Assembly: GCA_035527215.1 (NCBI GenBank)
Contig: DATLAX010000002.1
Span: 1-31,452 of the forward strand
Direction of reading: 5' to 3'
Source of the DNA: Dehalococcoidia bacterium
GTDB lineage: Bacteria; Chloroflexota; Dehalococcoidia; DSTF01; JALHUB01
Length of the DNA: 31,452 nucleotides
This document shows positions 24,776 through 31,452 of the stretch, in pieces; position 1 is the first letter of the stretch, and the number at the start of each line of letters is the position of its first letter. A program made the position numbers and the translations under genes. The notes below the pieces were generated by a model. It made no database searches and was not told the DNA's origin. It saw only the letters and a list, made by a program, of their open reading frames with translations.

Positions 24776-27442
24776 TCAGTCCTTGAGCCTCGCGTGGAAC
24801 AGCAGGCTGACGCTCTCGTTGCGTTTCGCGCTCACGGGCACCCAGCCGTCTTCCACCGGGGCCTCTCCGAGCGACTCCTCGTTCAGGTTGACAATCTCCA
24901 CCCGTCCGCAAGGCTCCGTCAATCGCACTCTGCCCCGGACTGCCCTGTCGGAGACGTTGTAGAGGCGCACGACGAGGCCTCTGCCGTCCTCCTCCGCCTT
25001 GATCGCGGAAACGACGAGTCGCGATGGCCTGACTTCGACGAGGGCGGCCGACGGCGGCAGTGCCCCAGCGCCCGACGCCGGCGCCGTGCGCATTGGCCGC
25101 GCGAAGCGATGAGCCTCGACGAACGCGTTCTGCCAGCCGCCTTCGTGCGGCACGAGTGCATACTCGAAAACGTGGCACCCCGGGCACTGAGCGCCCGGCG
25201 TCTCGACTGTGGGACCGGCGGGCCCCTTCCGCACCGACAGGTCGGGGCGCGAAAGCCAGCCGACGCAACGCAGAAGCGTCAGGGCGAGGGTTACTCCCTC
25301 TGGACCGGGCAGCGCCTCGTACTCCGGCAGGCCGCGATTCGCCAGCAGCAGCCCCTGCCGGCCGTCGCTGACGTCGACGAATGCCTTCTGCGGATGGGTG
25401 CCGGCCGGCTGCTCCATCCACGTTTCGTCTGCCTGCGGGATCGCCATGGGCCGGCTGATGACGCCGAAGTGCTGCTCGGCGTGCGTAACGTCGCTGTGGA
25501 CGCCGGTCGGGAAGTGGGCGCGCAGGCGGTGGTCCCGCGCCTGGTTGTCGACCTCAGTCCGGAAGTCGACCCGTCGCACCCCCGCGTACAGGTGCACCAG
25601 GCAGCGGACGCTGCACTTAACCGTCTTCCGCGACCTCACCTTCCTGTCGGCGCTCAGCCCCGCGGGCAGGACGTAAGTCATCTCGATCTCAAGCGTCGAA
25701 CGGGCGGGCCCGCGCTCGGTGATGGTGATTTTCGGGGCGCTGGATGGCCGGCCGATGACGGTGTCCGTGGACGGCGGCTCGTAGTTGTACTCGTCGCCGC
25801 GGTCGCCGCCGTCGACGAGACGGTTGAGGCCGCGCAGCACGCGCCCGGTCGCCTTATCGCGAACGGTGACGCTGCCGTCGCCCGGATCGGCGGACACTTC
25901 GAAGAACTCGTTTTCGATGGAACCGGCGCCGCTCGCTTCGGACGTCCCTGGAGGCGGGCCGCAGACGGCGCGGAAGGCCTTGTAGCCGTGTGCGGGAATG
26001 CCTCTCGCCAGGAAGCCTACCTTTGCCGTCCGTGGCGGCGCGAAGGGCAGCGCGGGCGGCGGTCCGGCAGTGACGGTCTGACAGGCGTGCCGGCGCCCTG
26101 CGGAGTCGACCAGCGCCAGCGGCGCCTGCCCGTCGTCGGAGACGGGCCAGTCGAACGTCACGAAGTCCGTGCGCGGGCCGCCGAGCGGGTTGAAGACGAC
26201 GACGCTGGGCGCGCCGCCGTTGTCGACCTGGGCCGCGATGTCCGCGAGCATGCGGCGGACAAGGTTCTCGCCTATCTGCTCGCAGGCGTCGAAACGTTCT
26301 GTAACGTCAACGTACACTTCGTCAACGCCGCAGCCGTAGATGGGGTCGTGGGACTGGTTCAGCAGCAGGTGCCTCCATGCCTCGCGCACGAGCCCGGATA
26401 TCGAGGACCAGGCCGCCGGGTAGCCGGTGAAGGGCCCCCAGGGAAGCGGGGGTTCTCGCCAGGCGCGACCGAGACGCTTGCGAAGGAGACCGCACCACGC
26501 CGTCGCCGGCTCCAGCCAGCCAACAAGGAGGTCCTCGCATTGCTGGTTGCGCTGCTTCACCCACATCCGTGCCGAGATCGCGCCGGGAAGGAGGTGTGCC
26601 CTCTGGCCGCTGCGCATCTCGCCTCGAAAGCGCGGCAGGACCGCCCGTCTTTTTCGGAGTTGCTCCTCGATCGCCCCCATGAGTTGCGGCAGGTTGCTGT
26701 GGAACATCCGGCCGTCCGGCAGGAGGGAGTTGGCCGCCTCCAGCGTCGTGGGCAGCTCGGGCTGCGGTGGCGCATGGTCATTTCCGTTCATGACGGCGAG
26801 ATAGCGGGTCGTGGCGTGCGGCGCCAGCTCCCGCTTTATCCGCGAGAGCTTGTCGACCAGCTTCTTCGGATCAGTTGACAGCGGCCAGGCAGAGGCGTAT
26901 CCCAGCCGCAGGTGGAGCGTGAGGACGCGGCTGCCGTCGGGCGATTCCCAGATGAACTCCGTCTTGCCGATGCGGTCGTCGAGGCCGCGCCAGACAACGG
27001 CGCAGTCGAAGCCGAAGCCGCGCAGGATAGCCGGAAGATGCGCGATGTGGCCGAAGGCATCGGGCGAGTAGCCGATACGCATGGCCTCGCCGAACTCTCG
27101 CGAAAGCCGCGTGCCGCGCTGCAGGTTGCGTATGAGCGATTCGCCGCCGGGAAGGAACTCGTCCGGCGCGACGTACCACGGGCCGATGAGCAGGCGGCCT
27201 TGCCGCACCAGACGGGCGATGAGCCGCCGCCGCTCAGGCCGGACAGCGAGGTAGTCTTCGAGGAGCGCGGTCTGGCCGTCCGTCATGAAGTGCTTGTACT
27301 CGGGGTTGCCTGCCAGGAGCTCCAGCACGCGGTCCATGAGCCCCACGAGACGGATGCGATACGTCTGGAACGGGACGTACCACTCCCTGTCCCAGTGGCT
27401 GTGGGATATGACCACAAACTGCCATCCGCTGTCGTCTTCCAT
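24776..27442 (-). CDS. Glycoside hydrolase family 38 alpha-mannosidase (MngB-like)
   Basis: SHSHWDREWY, FMTDGQT, GPWYVAPDEFLPGGES, YSPDAFGH, NQSHD, DRGDEYN, DHRLRAHF, LLRCVGWLSR. Confidence 0.93.
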   Translation of the reverse strand: MEDDSGWQFVVISHSHWDREWYVPFQTYRIRLVGLMDRVLELLAGNPEYKHFMTDGQTALLEDYLAVRPERRRLIARLVRQGRLLIGPWYVAPDEFLPGGESLIRNLQRGTRLSREFGEAMRIGYSPDAFGHIAHLPAILRGFGFDCAVVWRGLDDRIGKTEFIWESPDGSRVLTLHLRLGYASAWPLSTDPKKLVDKLSRIKRELAPHATTRYLAVMNGNDHAPPQPELPTTLEAANSLLPDGRMFHSNLPQLMGAIEEQLRKRRAVLPRFRGEMRSGQRAHLLPGAISARMWVKQRNQQCEDLLVGWLEPATAWCGLLRKRLGRAWREPPLPWGPFTGYPAAWSSISGLVREAWRHLLLNQSHDPIYGCGVDEVYVDVTERFDACEQIGENLVRRMLADIAAQVDNGGAPSVVVFNPLGGPRTDFVTFDWPVSDDGQAPLALVDSAGRRHACQTVTAGPPPALPFAPPRTAKVGFLARGIPAHGYKAFRAVCGPPPGTSEASGAGSIENEFFEVSADPGDGSVTVRDKATGRVLRGLNRLVDGGDRGDEYNYEPPSTDTVIGRPSSAPKITITERGPARSTLEIEMTYVLPAGLSADRKVRSRKTVKCSVRCLVHLYAGVRRVDFRTEVDNQARDHRLRAHFPTGVHSDVTHAEQHFGVISRPMAIPQADETWMEQPAGTHPQKAFVDVSDGRQGLLLANRGLPEYEALPGPEGVTLALTLLRCVGWLSRPDLSVRKGPAGPTVETPGAQCPGCHVFEYALVPHEGGWQNAFVEAHRFARPMRTAPASGAGALPPSAALVEVRPSRLVVSAIKAEEDGRGLVVRLYNVSDRAVRGRVRLTEPCGRVEIVNLNEESLGEAPVEDGWVPVSAKRNESVSLLFHARLKD

Positions 27443-27478
27443 GGCTCGCGTTTCCCTCGCGACAGGCCGGTTCGGCTA

Positions 27479-27508
27479 AGTCTAGATTCAGCGGCGAAGA
27501 GGGGTCAA
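27479..27508 (-). promoter_or_regulatory. Putative promoter of the GH38 gene
   Basis: Minus strand TTGACC-N18-TAGACT. Confidence 0.5.
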
Positions 27509-27536
27509 TACTCGGACTGATCCGCGGCCGCCGGTG

Positions 27537-28634
27537 CTAGGGTACCGCCCGCGACGCCGAGGCGATGCTCTCGATGATCTTCGCCGCCTCGTTCGGCGAT
27601 GACAACGCGGGCTGGTAGCCCTCGCCGGTGTGGACCGGCACGAGCTCGGCGCCGACAAGCCGCTTCCCCTGGAACGTCGCTATCAGTAGCATGCTCTGCT
27701 GCGTCTCCGCGGACCAGTCCTGGTCGAAAAGAAAGTTGCCGAGGGAATAGGCGACAAAGGCCCCGCCGAGGTCTTCCGTCGCCTGTACCCAGTGCGGATG
27801 GTTACCCACTACGAGCGTCGCGCCGGCGTCGATGGCCGCCCGCGTCAGGTCGCGCTGTCGCTGCGTTGGCACGGCGGTGTACTCGACGCCCCAGTGAGGC
27901 AGCACGACGACGACGTCGGCTTCCTGCCGGGCGCGCCGCACCCCCTCGACGAGATAAGCATTGTCGAGGGGAACCGTCCCCGGCGTGCTCTCGCCGGCAT
28001 TGTAGTAGGACGCGATGTCATCGTATCCCAGGAAGGCGAAGCGGGTGCCCTTGACCGCGACGATGGCCGGATTCCTTGCCTCCACCATGTTGGCCCCCGC
28101 GCCGGTGCTGGCGATGCCCGCGGCCCGGAGATTGGCGATCGTGTCGAGGAGAGCCTCGTCGCAGGCGGTCGTGCCCTGGCCGCCGCAGTCCTTCGCGTGG
28201 TTGGTGGCGACGGTCAGCACGTCGAAGCCGGCGTACACGAGCCCATCCACGCTCTGCGGTGGCGCCAGCAGATTGAAGGTGGGCGTGCAACCGATTGGCC
28301 GCCCCGCATCCGATATCGATGCGTCTAGGCTGCCGACGGTCAGGTCCGGCGCGCTCAGGAAGGGCGTCACCTTGCGGAAGGCGTATGTGAAGTCGCCCTC
28401 GGCGAGCTGGCGGGCGTACACGCACCGAGCGGGGATGACGTCGCCGGTGAAGATGATGCGAACCGTCGCTCCGGCAGTCGGCGTCGCGGCATCCGGCCCG
28501 GCGGTAAGTTCGCCACCGGAGGCCGTGCTCGCGCTAGAACGCGGTGTCTCAGCCTGCTGTCCGCATCCAACCATCGCAACGGCCATTGCCAGGGACAGCA
28601 CCAGGCCGAATGCTCGAAACAAGTCGTTGCTCAT
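27537..28634 (-). CDS. CapA/PGA_cap family metallophosphoesterase-fold lipoprotein
   Basis: Lipobox MVGC; FTGDV, ATNHAKDCG, LPHWGVEY, GNHPHWVQ, YSLGNFLFDQ; SD GGAGG. Confidence 0.92.
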   Translation of the reverse strand: MSNDLFRAFGLVLSLAMAVAMVGCGQQAETPRSSASTASGGELTAGPDAATPTAGATVRIIFTGDVIPARCVYARQLAEGDFTYAFRKVTPFLSAPDLTVGSLDASISDAGRPIGCTPTFNLLAPPQSVDGLVYAGFDVLTVATNHAKDCGGQGTTACDEALLDTIANLRAAGIASTGAGANMVEARNPAIVAVKGTRFAFLGYDDIASYYNAGESTPGTVPLDNAYLVEGVRRARQEADVVVVLPHWGVEYTAVPTQRQRDLTRAAIDAGATLVVGNHPHWVQATEDLGGAFVAYSLGNFLFDQDWSAETQQSMLLIATFQGKRLVGAELVPVHTGEGYQPALSSPNEAAKIIESIASASRAVP

Positions 28635-28730
28635 CGCTCCTCCGCTCGCGGCCCGGGCGTCGACGAAACCTTCCCGCGGCCTATTCTACCGCTCTTCCAG
28701 TCGAAAACGCCTACGTTCGCGGCAAAAGGA

Positions 28731-28766
28731 TAGCCGGCGGTCCGCCAGAGGTGGACCACCGGCTAC
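28731..28766 (-). terminator. Intrinsic terminator-like hairpin after acyl-CoA dehydrogenase (GTAG-headed, REP-like)
   Basis: Minus strand G-TAGCCGGTGGTCC-N9-GGACCGCCGGCTA followed by TCCTTTTG; 13-bp stem with one G-U pair. Confidence 0.55.
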
Positions 28767-28789
28767 ACGTTCGTCTGACTGTTGTCGGC

Positions 28790-30055
28790 CTAGAATGCCG
28801 TGTCGCCGCGGAGGAGCTGGCGGAAGATCGTCCGCCGCTGTATCTCCGAAGTCCCATCCGGGATGCGCGCCGTGCGGGCGATGCGGAAGCCCTCTTCGAG
28901 CGCGAGCTCGCTGGAGAGGCCCATCCCGCCGTGGATCTGGATCGCCCTGTCGTAGGCCCGCTGGCACATCTCGATCGACAGCGCCTTCGACATGCAAATC
29001 TCCTTGACCGGTATCTCGCCGGCGTCGAGCATCTTCGCCGTCTGGATGATCGCGTACTTAGTGGCGAAGATCTCCATCGCCATGTCCGCCATCATGAACT
29101 GGAGCGCCTCGTGCTCTGCCAGAGGGACACCGAAGGTCTTGCGTTCCTTGGAGTACTCCAGCGATCGGTCGAGCGCCCACTGCGCGAGTCCCAGGCAGGC
29201 GCCGGCCATGCCCATGCGGCCCTCGGAGATGCCGAACATAGCGATCTGGAAAGCGCCGCCCAGGCTACCGATCATGTAGTCGTTCCTGACGCGCACGTCG
29301 TCCATCGTGAAGCCGCCGCAGTCGCTGGACAGGTGGCCGATAATGCGCTCCGGCCTGTCCTTGGTGAACCCTGGCGCCTTCGCGTCGAGCAGGAAGCAGG
29401 TCAGTCCGCCCTTGTGCGCCGCGAACGCCTCTTCATCGGTGATGGCGAAGACAGCTGCGTGGTCGCAATAAGGCGCGTTGGTGATCCACTGCTTCGAGCC
29501 GTTGACTATCCACTCGTCGCCGTCGCGCTTCGCCTTCGTCTTCAGGCCCCAGAGGTCGGAACCTGCGCCCGGCTCGGTGACAGCGAAGCAGACCGTCTTC
29601 TTGCCCTCCAGCACGCCCGGCAACACCTCATCGCGGATAGCCGGGCCGGCCTGCAGGAACAGGTGCGACGGGCCATCGACGAAGCTGGCGAGCAGCGGCG
29701 TGCTCAGGAAGGCGGCCGCCCAACTGATGAAAATGCGACCGGGGCCGTACTTGCGGTTCAGCGCCTCCAGCAGGAACGGGCCTACCGCCCATGGCAGGCC
29801 GCCGCCGCCGACGCTCTCCGGCGCCATCATGGCGTAGAAACCGGCCTGCGCCGACTTCTGGCGGATGCCGTCGCGCGCTTCGCGGATCTCCGGCACCAGC
29901 AGACCATCTTCGCCGAACAGCTTCCGCTCATCGTGGAGAATCTCCTTGTACTTCTCTTCGAGCGGTACGACGTCGCTATCGACGAATCCCGTTAACCCGC
30001 TGATCGCCCCCTTTATGATGTCTCTCAGCTCTTCGGGTATTCCTACGTCGCTCAT
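28790..30055 (-). CDS. Acyl-CoA dehydrogenase
   Basis: CFAVTEPGAGSD, NGSKQWITNA, ERKTFG, IQIHGGMG, RIPDGTSEIQR; substrate not assignable. Confidence 0.95.
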   Translation of the reverse strand: MSDVGIPEELRDIIKGAISGLTGFVDSDVVPLEEKYKEILHDERKLFGEDGLLVPEIREARDGIRQKSAQAGFYAMMAPESVGGGGLPWAVGPFLLEALNRKYGPGRIFISWAAAFLSTPLLASFVDGPSHLFLQAGPAIRDEVLPGVLEGKKTVCFAVTEPGAGSDLWGLKTKAKRDGDEWIVNGSKQWITNAPYCDHAAVFAITDEEAFAAHKGGLTCFLLDAKAPGFTKDRPERIIGHLSSDCGGFTMDDVRVRNDYMIGSLGGAFQIAMFGISEGRMGMAGACLGLAQWALDRSLEYSKERKTFGVPLAEHEALQFMMADMAMEIFATKYAIIQTAKMLDAGEIPVKEICMSKALSIEMCQRAYDRAIQIHGGMGLSSELALEEGFRIARTARIPDGTSEIQRRTIFRQLLRGDTAF

Positions 30056-30080
30056 ACTAGATCCCCCTCTCTGCTAGTAT

Positions 30081-30096
30081 CGTGAACGCTGTCACA
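30081..30096. promoter_or_regulatory. CRP/FNR-like palindromic site upstream of the acyl-CoA dehydrogenase
   Basis: CGTGA-ACGCTG-TCACA, one mismatch to TGTGA-N6-TCACA, 25 nt upstream of the start codon. Confidence 0.35.
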
Positions 30097-30297
30097 GCGC
30101 TCCGGACAAGTGACTACAGTTTAGCCATCATGGTTATAAGCGCATCTCCCCCAAGAAAGCAACGTGCCGTGTTGGGGCGGGCCTGCCTCCTTGCTTGACA
30201 GCGCCCGTATACTGCCTGAAGATGCCACGGAGAGCAAATGACTTGCTGGGCTCGCGGCCGCTGAGCCGTTACCAGGCATCTAGATTGGAGACCACCG

Positions 30298-30837
30298 GTG
30301 AATTGCCCGAAACGCCACGAGGCCCTCGAAAGCGTCGACGTGGGAGGCATTCGAATCGACCGCTGCCCCCGCTGCGAAGGCATGTGGTTCGACAAAAATG
30401 AGCTGCGCGTGCTGAGGGAGAAGGAGGCCGGCGACGACTACCACTGGTTGCACATCGACCTCTGGAAGGACATCGATAAGTTCCGCGCCCGACGGCAGCA
30501 GCGCTATTCCTGTCCGAGAGACAGCCGGCCCCTGACGACCGTCCATTACGGCGAGTCGGACATAGCCGTCGACATCTGCTCGACGTGTCAGGGCATTTGG
30601 CTGGACAAGGAAGAATATCGGGAGATCATCAAGTACCTGGAAAAGACCGTGGACGCCGGCTCCGCAGAGGACTACCTCAAGGACGTTCGCAACGAGCTGG
30701 TCGAAGTGTTCCAGGGACGCGAGAGCCCGCTGGGCGCCCTGAAGGACATTGGCAAGATCCTGTATCTCATTGAGCTGCGTTTCACCGTCGAGCACCCGGC
30801 GCTGGCGGACGTAGCTGTGGCCTTTCCCCGTTTCTAG
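30298..30837 (+). CDS. Double zf-TFIIB-type zinc-ribbon protein with helical C-terminal tail
   Basis: CPKRH...RCPRCEGMWFDKNEL and CPRD...DICSTCQGIWLDKEE; GTG start after GGAG. Confidence 0.85.
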   Translation: MNCPKRHEALESVDVGGIRIDRCPRCEGMWFDKNELRVLREKEAGDDYHWLHIDLWKDIDKFRARRQQRYSCPRDSRPLTTVHYGESDIAVDICSTCQGIWLDKEEYREIIKYLEKTVDAGSAEDYLKDVRNELVEVFQGRESPLGALKDIGKILYLIELRFTVEHPALADVAVAFPRF

Positions 30838-30846
30838 ACCGCGGCC

Positions 30847-31452
30847 TCACCGTTCGGCGGGCGTTATCCGGTATACATTCACGTCAAAAGGCGAGAATTC
30901 GTCGACCACAGCGAAGCCGGAATAGGAAACGGGCGCCCGGTCCTCGAACATCACCTCCGCCTCCTTCACCAGGAACGGGAAGACGAACTTGGCGCTCAGG
31001 GCGACATGGTCGATGTTCACCGTGAGCAGGTAGTACACGCCTTCGTAGTACTTCAAGATGGCCCTGACGGGCGCCCCCGACTGGGCGGCCTGGTCGACGT
31101 AGACGAAGTAGGGCTGACTCGACGTCGGCGACAGGATGACCGGCTTCAGCGCTTCGATCTCCTTGTTTATGCCGTTCTTGGAAGCATCGAGGGAGTCCCA
31201 GAGTCTAGCGGCCTGGTTCCTGTCTTCCTCGCTGATGACGGTGCCGCCGGGGCAGTCGGGAATCGCGGACTGGATGTCAGGGCGAATACCGGCGTAGACA
31301 TTTCCGTCCCAGGCGCGAAGCGCGCAACTATCCCAGGCGAAGTGCAGCAGACCGGTGGCGCCGTGGATGATCGCCGTGTAGACCTGCGCCCGCTCCTCCG
31401 ACGGCGCCGGATAGACCCAGCCGCCGGTGCCCATCCAGGCCTGGGGCACGAA
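30847..31452 (-). CDS. C-terminal part of a hypothetical protein (possibly glycoside-hydrolase-like TIM barrel plus beta-sandwich); start lies outside the window
   Basis: Frame open to the window end; PSEERAQVYTAIIHGATGLLHFAW followed by a beta-rich tail YYLLTVN...AEVMFEDR...DEFSPFDVNVY. Confidence 0.7.
   Translation of the reverse strand, partial: FVPQAWMGTGGWVYPAPSEERAQVYTAIIHGATGLLHFAWDSCALRAWDGNVYAGIRPDIQSAIPDCPGGTVISEEDRNQAARLWDSLDASKNGINKEIEALKPVILSPTSSQPYFVYVDQAAQSGAPVRAILKYYEGVYYLLTVNIDHVALSAKFVFPFLVKEAEVMFEDRAPVSYSGFAVVDEFSPFDVNVYRITPAER

Noticed and set aside
24794-26878. 694-aa plus-strand ORF, and similar long antisense ORFs (28544-29995, 20404-21606, 12246-13574, 16033-17154, 1598-2500)
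   Set aside because: Each lies opposite a well-supported gene, has no recognisable motifs, and has the Arg/Ala/Gly/Val-rich composition expected for shadow frames of GC-rich codon usage.
27537-28634. Poly-gamma-glutamate capsule locus
   Set aside because: Only a CapA-domain gene is present; there are no capB/capC ligase genes nearby.
30195-30213. Perfect TTGACA next to TATACT
   Set aside because: They are only 7 nt apart, so they cannot form one canonical promoter; only the -10 was used.

Overview
A gene-dense, GC-rich bacterial window with about 30 genuine CDSs and no rRNA, tRNA, CRISPR array, transposase or integrase that I can recognise. The gene content suggests Chloroflexota/Dehalococcoidia (inference, not proven): many lipoproteins, Tat lipoproteins, DsbA-VKOR, a YitJ fusion, NIPSNAP, an AbfD-like enzyme and an HTH-4Fe-4S protein. 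In order: a Zn/Mn ABC transporter (5'-truncated); alpha/beta hydrolase-DsbA-VKOR; an HD protein and a DinB-like protein separated by a REPIN; a secreted two-domain Pseudomonas-mendocina-cutinase-like hydrolase; yitJ; a PspC protein; an SDR; DoxX; an FAA hydrolase; NIPSNAP; yjbQ; a secreted beta-lactamase-fold protein with tandem Cys-bounded repeats and a degenerate Cys-type active site, tightly coupled to a radical SAM gene; a 7.4-kb plus-strand run (AbfD/HpaB-like flavoprotein lacking Fe-S ligands, two Tat-lipoprotein metallo-hydrolases, a half-ferritin protein, an Fe-S protein, a CMD/AhpD protein and an aldo/keto reductase); GH38 alpha-mannosidase; a CapA lipoprotein; acyl-CoA dehydrogenase; a double zinc-ribbon protein; and a 5'-truncated hypothetical protein. 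The best leads are the Cys/Asn-substituted beta-lactamase-fold protein, the candidate polyesterase with an uncharacterised N-terminal module, the Fe-S-less AbfD homolog with its Tat hydrolase neighbours, and several distinct GTAG-REP families. All family assignments come from motif recognition by eye; no database searches were run.
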